Below, one piece after another: positions 11,725-25,804 of a stretch of 64,000 bases of DNA. This stretch comes from Eledone cirrhosa (taxonomy: Eukaryota). A model generated the notes under the pieces. That model had not been told where the DNA came from. It made no database searches and saw only the letters and a program-made list of their open reading frames with translations. Position 1 is the stretch's first letter. Each line of letters begins with the position of its first letter. The position numbers were made by a program, and so were the translations under genes. The stretch spans positions 1 to 64,000 of the forward strand of contig CAXHJY010000652.1 in assembly GCA_964016885.1 (NCBI GenBank), in the 5' to 3' direction.

Positions 11725-13400
11725 AAACTTATATCTTTCTTTATTTGCCACAAGGGCGTACAAAAATGGGACATTACAAGACGTGGCGGCGGGGGTTTTA
11801 CATAAAAATCATATAACTTTAACATTAATAAATAACAATAAACTATATATAATAAAATAACAATTGAGGGGGAACGTTACTGCAGGGTTGTTTTACACCC
11901 CGTGGATAGAACAACCCTCAACACCAGGAACATGTTTTGTAGGTGTTCCTGTCTTCCCTCTGTTTATCTTCCTCAAACTACAGGTTTATATACAGAGAAG
12001 GCCCATTCACTCGGGCCATTTTCGCCACATTCACCCACCTTTCAGCGAATTTACTGGGGTGTAGCACCTCTCTCTCCACTCTCACCTTCCTTCTGAAGTG
12101 ATACTTAAAGAAGGGGATAAGTTGTTGTCCGGAGAGAAAGGTGTTTGCCCTCAGTCCTTTTAACCTCGTCCACCATATTACCTCTTTCGCCATAGCCAGC
12201 AGACAGAGGAAAACTGTCTCTCCTTCGTTCTTAAATGAAGGCGGTGGGGTGGTCCTCACGATGGACTCGGCTGACAACTGGATGCGTCCCACACGTGACA
12301 GCAGCTGTTCGACATAATTCCACAAGTCGGTCACCCCTAGGCACTGAACAATTGCATGCAGAACGGTTTTGATGTCCTGCTCGCATCTTGGACAGGTCTT
12401 TTTAGCAGGATCTCTGCCAGGGTGTCCGTGTCTGTAGATTTTGTCTCGAACTGGTAGAGCTCCTCGGTAGCACTGCCAGGCCAGAGACCTCTGGAAGTTA
12501 TTCATAGGCCCTGGACGGAAAGTCCTCCCGAACAGACTGGTCAGTTCGTCCTTCTCGATGCCTAGAGTTTCCCCAAGAACGTTGTCGCACTTATCCTCCA
12601 CTAATCCCCTATAGAATGTCGAAGTGGAGTCTCCGCTGATTGCCATTTCCGCTTGGTAGAGGGCTGTGAGCGCCTGTAGGCACTCGAGGTGCCAGGCACC
12701 CATTTTCGGTCTTTGCTTGATCCAGGACTGCAGCTCTGTTAGTGAGACGAGTTGTGGAAGAGCTTGTCTCACAAACGACAGCCACACCAGTTCACCGGTC
12801 AGGAATACCTGGAGATGGCGTAGCCTCAGCGCGTGTTTGTGCATCATCAGCCACTGCATGCCCAGCCCTCCATTAGAAGGGTGTTGACAGCAGATGGATC
12901 TCCTCACCAATGGAGCCTGTTTCTTCCAGAGGAACTTGAAGAGTAGGCGTTCCATTTTGGTGAGGTATTCGCGGGGACAAGGCACGACTGCAAGTGGTAG
13001 TAGATGACGGACGCTATGTAAGTGTTCGCCACCTCCGCTTGACCTTTCAAGGAGAGTTTGCACTCAGCCCACTTCTGGGTGAGTGCAAACACCTTCGCCG
13101 TGACCTCGTTCCAGTTCTTGTCCACCTGGAGGTCTGGACCAAACCAGACCCCGAGCAATTTCACCGGTCCTTCCGTCCAGCGTCCAATGACACTGTGCCG
13201 AGTTACAAACCGACAGACTTGTTTGGGTTTAGTCTTGCTCCTGTAATAGGTTGCCGATTACCCCGATTTCAGAGGGTTTTGACACCATTACAGTTATGTC
13301 GTCGGCATAGGCTGATGCTGCTTTCCGCAGTCCTGGTTCGATCGGGATGCCCTGCAACAGATCCAACTTCCGCAGTAACGGCTCGAGAGTCAGTACATCA
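11725..13400 (-). mobile_element. Tx1/L1-clade LINE, 3' part, degenerate
   Basis: YADD region; KLLGVWFGP; GGLG; ALPVRDK...CPRC...HAIVQC zinc knuckle; homologous to 41720-43770. Confidence 0.85.
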
Positions 13401-15311
13401 AACTTATAGGCAGCCAGCTAGGTGTTTAAGTAAATAGCTGTACAGACACTGTAGAAGATTAATAAACAACAAAAAGTATTTTAAGTCCCTTTTCCTTGCT
13501 AAAGCAGGGGTTAACCATACAGACCCATGACAAGCTTCTACATTTTCCCCTATCATCTGCACTCCGCTGCCAATCCCCTAGTTTTCATTTCTTTCTCTTC
13601 CATTACTACCTTCCACATTCATCTCCATCACTCCGTTCACCCAGTCACATTCATCCTTCCTCAACACATGACTCAACCATCTCATTCCATTTCTCGTCAC
13701 AACATTCATCACTAGCTATATTCCTATCACGTAAATGTAACATGTTTATGTCATGAGCATCACTATTATGTCTATGTTCAACATTGGCATGTGTTAGACA
13801 GGCTGGTCAAATGATTACATCCTGCTCATATGTTCCAGTTTGGCATGATCTGTACAGCTGGATGCTTTTCCTAACTCTAACCACTTTACAGAGTGTACTG
13901 AATATGTTTTATTGTGGCACCAGCACTATCTCCTTACAGAGAGGAGTGGGTGCATTTTATCCTGGTAGTACATTTACCCCACAAAACACTTGCTTTCACT
14001 CGTTCTCTTTCTCCTTCAGCAAGCAACATGTAGAAGTCATTACTACTCATGTCACAGTGTCACTTTTACCATACTATCACTCCCATCCCTACATCTCTGT
14101 TTGACTGAGAACACAACAGTCACTTGAGTATTAGTCCCATAATAAAATGCTCACAGTACACTCAGTAAATGGTAGTACTGGAGCCACAATATCTGTACAT
14201 ATATACATTTATTATATGTTTTGGTTACAAATTTCACAACTCAATATAACATTTAAACATGATGGATCTTCCACTGATTTCGACAATGAGCATTCAATTG
14301 TTTGGAAAAATGAACATTCCACTTATAAATTCACTTGCAAGTAGTTGAGTCTTTCAGATATATATACCCTTAACCTTTTTCATACCAAACCACCTGACAC
14401 CGCTAAGGATTTATGAAACAAAACTGCTCATTTTAAAATATTTATCCATACATTAAAACCTTTCATCATAATTTTATCTTAGAAATGTTTCTTAAGTAAT
14501 GTTCTAAATATCAGTTTACTAATTAAAAACTCAGTTATTTTATCAAATTCCTCCAAATGCTTAGTTATTTTCAAAATAAATTGAAACACATAGGCAATGT
14601 TTTTCCTTAGAAATACAGTAATAAAAGGGTTAACAGAATTCTCAAGCAGAATCAATATGATACAATATGTAACAAGGCTGGGCCTTTGAATTACAGGTAC
14701 AAACCACCAAATAGGCTTTCACAGTTTCTGTCTACGCAATTTCACTCACAAGTCTTGGAATGTAATCTAGAAGCCTATAACTGAAGTGAACGTCTTAACT
14801 ATTCTGTCATACCAGTATCCACATATTTACACATGACAATAGGGTGTACTATTCAGCCAGCATGGTACAATAATACATTTAGACACCACAATACACTATG
14901 ACGTTATACATTACAACGGAGAAACTCTACTCTGTCGATGGACATGCTAAAAGTAGCATATTTCTAACGAAATCCACTGCCTGTGATTTTTAAATAATCA
15001 AGAATTTGGAAAGATTTAGTATTATAACGTTGTTATTATTAAGCTGGAAGAAAACAAAAAAAAAACACGGGTTCTTACATAAATTATATTGAAATGTTAA
15101 ATATAAACACTTATAATTTTCGTTCCCATATTTCTAATCAAAAGACACTAGTTATGATTGTCGAATAATTTTGAAAATAATCAGTAATATATCATGAAAA
15201 ACACAAGACCGAAGTCATAGTATATACTAAATAGCAGACATGCCGGTAATGCTTCGGTTAAAGAAGACAGGTAACTTTCGGTCATTTCTGTGAGTAAAAA
15301 TGACGAATTGG

Positions 15312-15358
<47 letters not shown>

Positions 15359-15396
15359 CAAATATTAATAAAATAGATGTTCTTGTGATCAATTAA

Positions 15397-15449
15397 ATTT
15401 TATTATACATATTTCAGAGGTACAACAGTACGTCCTCATCAGATAAAAT
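15397..15449 (-). ncRNA. Type I hammerhead
   Basis: Minus strand attttat CTGATGA ggacgtac-tgtt-gtacctct GAAA tatgta TA ataaaat. Confidence 0.75.
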
Positions 15450-17499
15450 AAAATGATACATGACATACCCTGAGATGTTAAATGGTTAAGATTTAATTAA
15501 GGTAGTATTTTATTAATATTTGTATTTTAATATTAATAACTCTGGAAAAAATTTTTTGTAGAGTGCTTCCAATCTACTGTAAAACTCAATCTTTGATGTA
15601 CTCATTGAACCTTGTTTAACTCTTTAATATAAATATATATATCAACATATTCGTAATCTACAGCTTCGAAAAATGTATCTCTGCAAAATATACATTTTCA
15701 AGAAAATTATGAGAAAAATGAAGCCGGGGGGAGGAGGTGGGGGCGGCACACACACACATGCCTGCCTACCTACATACATACATAAACAGAGAGAGAAAGA
15801 GAAACACCTCTACAGGACTAGAACTGTTTCATTCGTATGGAATCACCAGGAATGTCATTTCTATATATAATGAAGGTGCCTATACTCTACCAATGTATTG
15901 AGTACATTTTCTAACTGTGGTTACCCCCACGACACCAATTAAGAAAGGTCAATGAACATTAGATTCAGAGCATTTTTTTTTTTTTGTTACATATTTTAAC
16001 GAAATACCATAAAATCTTTTTTAATATATCACGTTGAGAAACAAAACTGGTGTGTTATGTATATATATATAGAACAACAAATAATAAATGTACTCACTTA
16101 AATAAAAATTCCCATATGACTTTGTTTTTTAATAATGAACATTTTGCAGCGATACATTTTCGAAGGTAAAAATTACGAATATACTTATAGAGTATTAAAA
16201 ACAAGTCATTTTTCACTCATGGAAGTTATCTTAAGTTGTCAGTGGGCTTATAACGAAGGATTACCAGCTTGCTCTCAAGTATATACATAGTGAGGTGCTC
16301 AATGGTAATTCACGTACATAAACACCAGAAAGGAGCTACGTATGTTTGTAGTTGTTACCATGTGTAAAGATAATTAATATGACATCAACATCCGGTGGGA
16401 TGTTAGGGGTATCTTTAATTAAATATATAATTAAGACAGTTATGTAATATGTAGCTTGACGTTACCTTAAGTTGACGATCTCTTGCTCCACGCCCACAAA
16501 CCTCCGCGTTAACTAGTGACGTAGAAAGTGTGTGTGTGTGTTGGTCCTCTGTCGGTTACTACGATGAGTGTTTCAGTTGTTCGAACAAAGGAAAAAAATA
16601 CCTGTTCGCGAAATTAACGTGCACATGTCTGAGCACCCCTCAGACACGTACCCCTTTAAACGTAGTTCTCGGGGAGATTAATAGTAACACAGTGTGCGAC
16701 AAGGCTAGCCCTTTGAATTACAGGTACACTTTATCTTGTATAGTGCAAGTAGTTGAGTATTCCACAGACACGTGTGCCCTTAACGTACACGGCACATGAC
16801 AATACTGGCATACACAACATAAGATCAGACTGGCCCTTTGAATTATAGGTACAAATCATTTAAACAAGTTGAGTGAACTGGGGTAACATCAAATAAAGTG
16901 TCTTGTGCAAATACACAACACGCTGCCGGAAATCGAACTCACACCTGGAGATCATTAGCCGAATACTCCAACCTTTCATCTCAGCGTACTCAATAGGTAA
17001 GGTTATGTAAAAATGCTAGAGTAGGCACAAAGTTATTAGCCTCAATACAACACACGTAAATGGGGACCATGAATTTATACCTGTACTCGAGTATAAGTAT
17101 ATGTATATATATATACGGAGAACTGATGTAACGAGATAACCGAACATACTTATTGTACAAGTTGTTACACTTCCCATTTTATAACTTTCCGACTGAATTG
17201 GAGTTCAGATTCATTGAAAACACACGAACAAATCTAGGAATAAGAACAATTTACGCATTTCCCTGTAAATCGGAAAAAAATGATAAACACCTTTATTTAA
17301 CCCATTGTCAAACTTAGCTGGGGGGTTTCATCAGAAGGTATGTGTATATCATTTAAACAACCACAAGGAAATACATAATCGAGGGGCTTATAAACCTTAT
17401 CATTTATAGTAGTATCCTGAAATGTGTGTATAAATTTGCATACTATTAGTGGTTATGTTGGTAGTTAAAACACACACACACATACATAAATACATACAC

Positions 17500-18080
17500 A
17501 ATAAAATGCAGGCATAACAGACCAGATATTATGATATGAGACAGAGAAAGAAGGCAAGCACAGTAGTGAACGTTAGCTGCCCAGCAGATGCCAAGATAAT
17601 ATCAAAGATTAGTGAAAAGGAGAATATTTATGCAGAACTGATGAGAAATCTGCAGACATTCCACCCTGATTACACCTTCAGATTTATGCCTTTGATTATT
17701 GGGGCACTGGGGTATGTTAGTAACTGCCTCAATACAAATCTTGAGAAGCTTCACCGGAACAGAAAGAACACAACTAGTTAGGAAATTACAAGTACAATCC
17801 ATTAATGGAACAGTAAAAATATGTAAAACATTCTAAAAGTTTTGCATCTAATAACTGCATATACACAAATACAGATACAAAGCATATACACATGCACACA
17901 TACAACTCAAAAATACACATCCACACATACAATAACATCCATATCTACACATGCATGCATACATACATACATATCTACCTAGTTGATGTTGTGTAAATTC
18001 CAATGAGAGTCTTGTGTCTATGTTAGAAACCGACTCTCTCTCTATTGGTAAAACTTTGTGAAATTATAAAACCAGAAGAA
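17500..18080 (+). mobile_element. R4/Dong-like LINE 3' fragment (restriction-like endonuclease)
   Basis: HNRPDIM...VSCP...KxxEKxxxY...PLIIGALG; bounded by CATA repeats. Confidence 0.7.
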
Positions 18081-18147
18081 CATACATACATGCATGCATG
18101 CATGCATGCATACATACATACATACATACATACATACATACATACAT

Positions 18148-18753
18148 GGTGGCTGCCAACTCGTTTTCAAGTACGGCCACTACTTTATATCTATGTAGGA
18201 GAACCCCTACCGATGCGCTGAACGAGTGTGACTTTTTAGTCCAGCCAGCGACTTGAAAACTCTGGTACAAACACTACACTTGTGACAATTATTGACACAT
18301 AGTGCTGGGTCCATGGTACCATGTGACGACAAGTGCAGAGAGATCTCCAGATATAAAGCAATGCCTGTGCCGTGAAGCTTTTATAGTGAGCAAAGGCACT
18401 GCACAAAGCCAGTCCCACTCTCTTAACCAAGATGATATTTACCAAAAAGAAGAACAAGTCAACATCATTGGATACCATCAGGGTTGCAGGTGTTATATCA
18501 GAGTTTTCCTTCTCCTAGAATTCTGCCTTGACAAAGGCTAAGGAGTCATCTCGCCCGCTGATTTTGGATGGCCATTGACTTTTAAGAGCTCCTTTGCCCT
18601 TTGACAGGTTTTGTTTTTAGTCCTGCAGGATGTCCAAAGTCACCCTCCTCACCAAGAAACCTTGGTGGGGTTGCCAGTTTAGTCGCCAACGACCCAACCA
18701 TGAGACAGGTTGTACTGGGATACATGTTACCAGTAGCACCAACTGGTGACCTG
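18148..18753. mobile_element. Non-coding interspersed repeat flanked by (CATA)n
   Basis: 18148-18556 is near-identical to 56514-56923; diverged relative at ~21249-21535. Confidence 0.75.
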
Positions 18754-18819
18754 ACATACATACATACATACATACATACATACATACATACATACATACA
18801 TACATACATACATACATAC

Positions 18820-21232
18820 AAGGCAAGATCTCATAGGGCTGTTTAGAGAAACCAACAAAGGCACACAGGAACTGCCCCAATGGTTAATAGCCAGACCACC
18901 CTTGCTAATAATTACCACCCAATAGCCTCCAGAGTATCATGTATAAATTATACACTGGGTGACTTAATCTGTTCTTACAGGATCATTGTGCCACCAACAA
19001 AATTATAACACCTGAGCAAGCTGGTAGAAAGAAGGAGGTGTGGGGCTGCATAGATCACATACTAACACATATAATGATACAGGAAAAAACAGCAGAGAAT
19101 CACAGGAACATGACTGTGGTGTGGCTTGACTATCAGAAGGCTTTTCATAATGTACCTCATGGGTGGATTATTAAGGCTTTACAGTTAGTCAAAGTCCCAG
19201 CACGACTAGTAGCTGCTGTTGGACGCCTGACCAAGAACTGGTACACCAATTTGATCCTTAGGAGTGAGAAGGAGCAAATTAAGACTGATACAATACACTA
19301 CTAGGAAGGCATCTTTCAGGGTGATAGCTTATCAGTGCTGCTCTTCGTCCTCTCACTAAATCCACTATCATACCTGCTCACAAAACAAAGTGGTCATGGA
19401 AGTGGGTCCAGAAGTATCTCCCATCTTTTCTTTGTTGATGACCTGAAGTTGCATGGGCCAAATATCAACTGTATTAAAAAACAATTGGACCTCATTACAC
19501 AATTTTCTGCAGACATCAGAATGAAATTTGGTGAGTCCAAATGTGCATATTTGACAGTAAATTGTGGAAGGGTTGTGCCCTCCTCTGGAAATCTAGAGAT
19601 GAACGACTTGACAATACAGCCTCTACAGTTAGGTGACAACTACAGATGTCTTGGACAGGATGAGAATGTCAGATATGATGGACCCATAAATAAGGAGAGA
19701 ACCAGAACTGAATACCTCAGGAGAGTAAAGAAAATATGGTCATCAGAACTATCAGCATACAACAAATACATTGCCCACAATACTTATGCTGTGCCAATCC
19801 TAATGCCAACATTTGGTCTGCTGAACTGGTCGTTGCAAGAACTGAGTGAGATTGATGTAAGAACTCACAAGCTTCTCAGTGTTACTGGAAACTTTAACAT
19901 CAATGGTGATGTGGACAGGCTATACTTCTCACACAAGGAAGGTGGCCGAGGTCTAAAATCCATATTAACATCATACGAGACCTGAATAGTAACACTGAAG
20001 CAACAGCTTCAGCAGAAGGAAAAGGTCAGCAACCATCTTGCCCAGGTTTATGAGCATGAAGGAAATAATTGTTTCTACTTTTGGCACAAGGCCAGCAATT
20101 TCCCAGTGTATTACTGGTACTTTATTTTATCGACCCCGTAAGGATGAAAGACAAAGTTAACCTCGGCAGGATTTGAACTCAGAATGGCAAGGGCCGTATA
20201 TCTATGCGTCAAAGCATGGCGTCCGACCCTCTACCGATACTGCCAATTCACCGCATGAAGGAAATAATATCATTAGGATAGCCACTGATCTGGAGGAGAG
20301 ATATTGAATAAGGCCTGATATAAATCTCTCTCCCAGGAAAATTGGAAGATCCCATTCAATGATCGAACAAGATTTTAAAAATGGACCAATTTACAGAGAA
20401 AGTTGTGCATGGGTACCAGAAACGAAAAACACAGACCATAGAGGGGATAAATCATTCAAAAAGCCTGGCATGGAGTTCCAACAAGTTTATGACATCCACC
20501 TTGAAGGATATCTCTATGCAATACATGAACACAAAATCCCTACCAAATATCTGCTACACGAAAGAGGAGGGTGATCAATCGGCAATAAATGTAGGCTTTG
20601 TAAAACAAAGATCGAAGATGTTAGCCACATTGTTGCCAACTGCGAAAGAATGTTGTCCCACTACTACCTCCCTATTAGATATGATGTGATAGCTAGAACC
20701 ATCTAGAGTGCACTTAGGAAAACAAAAACAAATAAGGAGGAATATGTTGAGATAGATGACACTAAAGAATACTGGTGGAACCTGAAAATAAAAACTGCCA
20801 CCAAATTAAAGGACAACCGGCCTGATATTGTTGTTTGGGACCACACATTGAAAACATGCTCTGTTGTAGAGATCAGCTGGCTACTTGATGTCAAAGTTGT
20901 AAGAGAAGGAGGACATCTACGTACCATTGATGAGGAGTTTGCAGATCCAGTATCCAAGATACACTTTCAGCTTCATACCCATCATTATTGGTGCTACAGG
21001 TTATATACCAACCCGCTTGGACCAAAGTATAACTGAACTTGGATTTGTAGACAAAGAGCGCAGTTCCCGAATTCATAGACTACAAATGGCTGTGATAGCT
21101 GGCACCTTCAAAATTTGCAAAACATTCTTGCGATTCAAGGGATGACAATTTCTTTTTTCTTTACAACCTTGCCACCTCGAAGGTGGCCAGCCAAAAATGT
21201 ACTCGAAATTAAGAGAAAGAGAAACAAAAATA
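18820..21232 (+). mobile_element. R4/Dong-like RLE LINE, degenerate, 5'-truncated
   Basis: WLDYQKAF, GIFQGDSLS, SHLFFVDDLKL, GGRGL, CRLC...H...C knuckle, NRPDIVVWD; many stops. Confidence 0.85.
20068..20253 (-). mobile_element. tRNA-derived SINE with 16-bp target-site duplication
   Basis: gcatgaaggaaataat at 20054-20069 and 20253-20268; B-box GAGTTCAAATCC; body ctttcatccttacggggtcgataaaataaagtaccag. Confidence 0.9.
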
Positions 21233-21878
21233 CATATATACATACATGATGGCTGCCCCCTCGTTATCAAGTATGGCCATTGCACGATATACCATTATTA
21301 ATAATTATTAATTAACTCTATCGTGCAATGCCTGTGCATGAAGATATTTAAAGTGAGGAAAGACTGTGCACTGAGCCAATCCCACTCTAGAGCCGGAGGT
21401 TTTAAATCGGAGTTATCCCAGTTTCCTGAGTTGCCTCCTCCTAGAAGAATGCCCTGACAAAGGCTAGGGGTCCTTAAATCCTAGTGGTTTAACCGCGCGA
21501 TCGGGTGTCCAGCCCGACTATTTCTATGTCCCCATGCATATACATACACATGCAGCCATATATATACATATACATACATATGTACATGTGTATATACATA
21601 TTTACACACTTTTGAATGGCCGTTGACTCTTATGAGTTCTTCCACCCTTTGTCATACATACATAAAGACACCCAGCTCGTAACTTGGTAAAAAGTAAACA
21701 GGGAGGCTGTGATGATGTTTGCTGTCCAACACAGAAATTACACGCACATAAACATGGAGATAGCTATATGAATGCTCACAAAACGGGTACATAGTTATAT
21801 GAATGTATCAATTCATATAATTTTAACGTACGTGTAATCGTTCGGTTTTTACAAATCACACACATATATGTGTGTGTC

Positions 21879-21917
<39 letters not shown>

Positions 21918-22819
21918 GAACAAATAAAACAAAATAAACACAGGGATGCAAAAATACAAAGTCATACTAGGATCACTCTTGGAAGGGAGTGGATGAAGGT
22001 TCTCCGTTTTGGACAGAAGTCCTTCATCAGGAAATGGAGAGTTCAGATAGGGAGAGAAAGTTTGGTAAAGATTGTGAAAGACATGTATATGTAAACACAT
22101 CTTCCACGGCATATCAACAACAAAAAAATCTTTAAAAGTTCGAACGTATATATAGAAATAATGTTCAAACTTCCTGTCTGATGAAAACATATTGAATAAT
22201 CGTTGAATAACAACCTCTCTGTACCTTCAGAATGTGCATAACAGGATAATGTAATGGAATAAAATGATGCATAATATGTAATAATGTCTCTCTTCCTTTT
22301 CTTATTGATACTCCATCTGATACCATATACATAATACCTTGTGGCATCCATGACATCGAGTGCTTCTGCCTAATTACAATATTATTGGTTGACTGATTGG
22401 ATTAGTCAACACTGATTATCAGTACACACACATACATACATATAATCTTCCTCTGGTCCTCCTTCCTACCTTTTCTACATCTTCAGTTGGTGTTCTTTGG
22501 TTTGTAGAATGTTTTTCTTTTTTAAGTCTTTATTTGTGTAATTCAGAGAAAGGCGCAACCCGTCTTATATCTACATGTTTTGTTGCAGTTTAATGTGCAC
22601 TGGAATGAACAGTATCAACCTTCATTTTTACCGAAGTGCTTTCCAAACGCTCACTGAGGAGAAAGAATTGTCCGTTTTTGTATTATCTTTATCGTGTGCA
22701 TCCCCCTGTTTCAGACACACACACACACATATATAAGTCCTAGCGATCCAAAGCACTACATGTCATTAGTTTATCCTAGGTAGGTGATAATGAGTGATGG
22801 AGTATTCATTTTATCAAAT

Positions 22820-22997
22820 AATTGTTTCTACGTTAGGCACAAGGCCAGCAATTACTCAGTGCATTACTGGTACTTTATTTTATCGACCCCGTAAGGATGA
22901 AAGGCAAAGTCAACCTCGGCGGGATTTGAACTCAGATCGTAAAGGGACGTAACTATGCTGGAAAGCAGGGCGTCCGACCCTCTACTGATACTGCCAG
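22820..22997 (-). mobile_element. tRNA-derived SINE (same family as 20068)
   Basis: Same head, body and tail. Confidence 0.85.
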
Positions 22998-22999
22998 GT

Positions 23000-23183
23000 T
23001 AAATCACCATAATTGTTTATTGCATTATATATATTTCTTTTACATGGTTATTCATCTGACAACGCCAGATGCTTATGCAATCATATCACAATGATTGCAT
23101 AACTTCACCAATGATTGTGTAGTCACATGAATAACCATGTAACAGAAATATATATAATGCAATAAGCAATTATGGTGATTTAA
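23000..23183. repeat. Inverted repeat, ~56-bp arms
   Basis: taaatcaccataattg...tacatggttattcat / atgaataaccatgta...caattatggtgattta. Confidence 0.85.
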
Positions 23184-23185
23184 TC

Positions 23186-24246
23186 CCGTCAGGGTTCGGT
23201 ACACAACCTGCTCTTGTTCATTATAGTCCTCCAAGTCATAACAGAGAAGTTTAAAACTGGCTGCCTATGGGAACTTCTTTACGTTAACGATCTGGTACTT
23301 ATAGCAGAATCAGTAAAGGAGCTAGAGAATAAATTCTGGCTATGGAAACAGCAGCTGGAATCAAGAGGACTGAGAGTAAACTTAGCTAAGACAAAGGTGT
23401 TGATAAGTAAGAAAAAGGACAAAACTCTGATTCCATCAGGGAAATGGCCATGTTCAATATGTAGGAGTTGGCATAATTTCTATAAAATGTACACATTGCA
23501 GATCTTGGGTACACAAGAGATGTGGGATAGCAGGCAAGTTAACAGGTAGGGAAAACTATATATGCAGTAGATGTACAGGGAAATTTGACAGTAGAAATCG
23601 CAGTGATAGACACATTTTTCAAATGCAGGTAGGACCTATAGAGGTGGTTGATAGCTTCTGATACCTAGGTGATCAAATTAGTAAAGGAGGAGGGTGCTCT
23701 GAGGTCATGGTTTCCAGATTAAGGACAGGTTGGTAGAAATTTAGGGAGCTGCTTCCTCCATTGACAAAAAAGGGTTTCTCCCTACAAACGAAAGGCCAGT
23801 TATATGATGCTTGTGTGAGATGCACAATGCTGCATGGTAGTGAGATATAGGCAGCAACTGTGGAAGATATGCGACAGCTGGAGAGAAATGAAGCAAGCAT
23901 GCTCCATTGGATGTGCAATGTCAATGTGCGTGAACGATCGAGCATGGATGTCTTGAGAGAGAAACTGTGTATAAGAGGGATAGGCTATAGTGTGCGTGAA
24001 AGAAGACTATGTTGGTATGGACATGTGATGCGCATGAAGGATGACTGTTGGGTAAAGAAGTGCCAAGAAATCCCAGTAGAAGGAAGACCACAAAAAACAT
24101 GGGCGGAGGTGGTGAGAGCAGACCTCAGATCGCTGAAGCTCATGGAGGAGATGACAAGGGACCGTGATAAATGGAAAAATGCCGTGCTCTATAAGAGCCG
24201 TCCCACCCTTGCAAGTAAGGAAAAGCAGATGTAAAATGATGATGAT
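23186..24246 (+). mobile_element. Degenerate RTE LINE 3' fragment
   Basis: FIIVLQVITEKFKTGCLWELLY; RERRLCWYGHVMRM; gatgatgat tail. Confidence 0.88.
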
Positions 24247-24420
24247 GGAAAGATTCAGGACCCATTTCGGCGGCTAGATCTGAACCAGTTCGGATCTGTC
24301 AAAACGGCCAGAGCTCAGCCGTCGAGGTCCTGAATCTTTCCATATTACCCACTCTACTACCCCAAGTATCAAGTACTCTGGTGTGTTATGGTCTTTCTGC
24401 TATCTTCCCACACCCTATTT
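24245..24420 (+). repeat. Hairpin-headed short repeat (same family as 57932-58128)
   Basis: atggaaagattcaggacc / ggtcctgaatctttccat arms, then tattacccactctactacc...gttatggtc. Confidence 0.7.
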
Positions 24421-24682
24421 GTTATATATATATATATATATCTCAAAGGTATATATTGAGTTAGAAACTCAAAATAGTCTCTTACAATAAAATATCCGAG
24501 CCGTATATTATAATTGAATATAAAAGAAAAAGGAACACAGATATATACATATATGTGTTCAAATAGTAAGGGACCAAATTCGCTAAGGTAAAAAGAATAC
24601 TAACTATAGACAATAGGGTTTGCCAGACTCAATTTAAGAATAAATCAAGAAAATAAATGCAAACCGGAATTGTGGTAACTAC

Positions 24683-24764
24683 CAATCACCCGGACAGCTT
24701 TGGTAATGCTGTTTCGCAAAATTAATTGTGAAGAGGGATACCGATTCTTGCTCATCAGTGACTG
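24683..24764 (-). ncRNA. Hammerhead-like motif with imperfect stem I
   Basis: Minus strand cagtca CTGATGA gcaagaat...attttgc GAAA cagc-attaccaaa-gctg TC cggg tgattg; lies inside a ~50-bp inverted repeat (24510-24560 / 24820-24870). Confidence 0.5.
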
Positions 24765-24865
24765 AAGAATTAGTATCCTGGACACTTCTAAGTATATTAA
24801 AAAAACTGAATAGTGTGCGTGAACACATATATGTATATATTTGTGCTCGTTTTTCTTTTATATTC

Positions 24866-24927
<62 letters not shown>

Positions 24928-25053
24928 GATAGATGATGATATAGTATAATAGATGATGATATAGTAATAATAATAAATTTGAAGACTAAAATCCAAAGAG
25001 GGCTCGATAAGGATAAATATATATCAAATATATAAGAACCGTTGAGCAAATAT

Positions 25054-25182
25054 TTATTAAAATAACAGATTAAAGTTTAAGCAAAGAATCGCTGCTTTCA
25101 CCCTTAACGGGATCTTCGGAAGATCCTGTTAAGGGTGAAAGCAGCGATTCTTTGCTTAAACTTTAATCTGTTATTTTAATAA
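25054..25182. repeat. Near-perfect palindrome (64-bp arms)
   Basis: Centre gatcttc-g-gaagatc, one mismatch. Confidence 0.92.
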
Positions 25183-25804
25183 TTAATATATATATATATA
25201 TATATAAACACACACATACACACATATATAAGGCTACATAATAACTCCAGACATTGGTCAATCGACAACAATTGTCGGATACATTATGCTTTGTTAGAAA
25301 CCATTTAGTTAAAATGACAATTAAGAAGAAATAAGATTTAAAAAAAGACGTTTCATGTTACACTTGGAAAGGAGGGTGGGGGTAGAGAGAAAAGTGGTCT
25401 ACATGAGTAAATTTACCAAAAAGCAGGTGAAAGTAGCGAGAATGGCATGAGTGAATTAGTCTACTCTCAGTTTGTGTCTGTAGATCAGACACCAACAGTT
25501 GGGAGAGGAGACTCGCCTTCACTTAGCCTTAGGTGTTCATCTCTCTGTACCAGGAGGACGGAGTGCTTTATTCACTCGCCTTTAGGTACTCAGGGTGATA
25601 GCAGATCTGTTGGGTTCCTCGCTTAGCTTTAGATATTCAATTCTCTTTACCAGGAGGACAGAATGCTTTATTTAATTGTATACTATGTCTACTTGTTACC
25701 TATTTATTTTTTCTCATTTCTATGCCAACCTCCTCATTCATGTTGTAACTTGTTTTTGTAAGGTCTCTTTCATTCAATACCATTGTGGCTAATAATATAT
25801 CATG

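Noticed and set aside
14190-16165. Possible minus-strand host exons (splice-like signals near 15685 and 16095)
   Set aside because: In-frame stops in all tested frames and no recognisable protein
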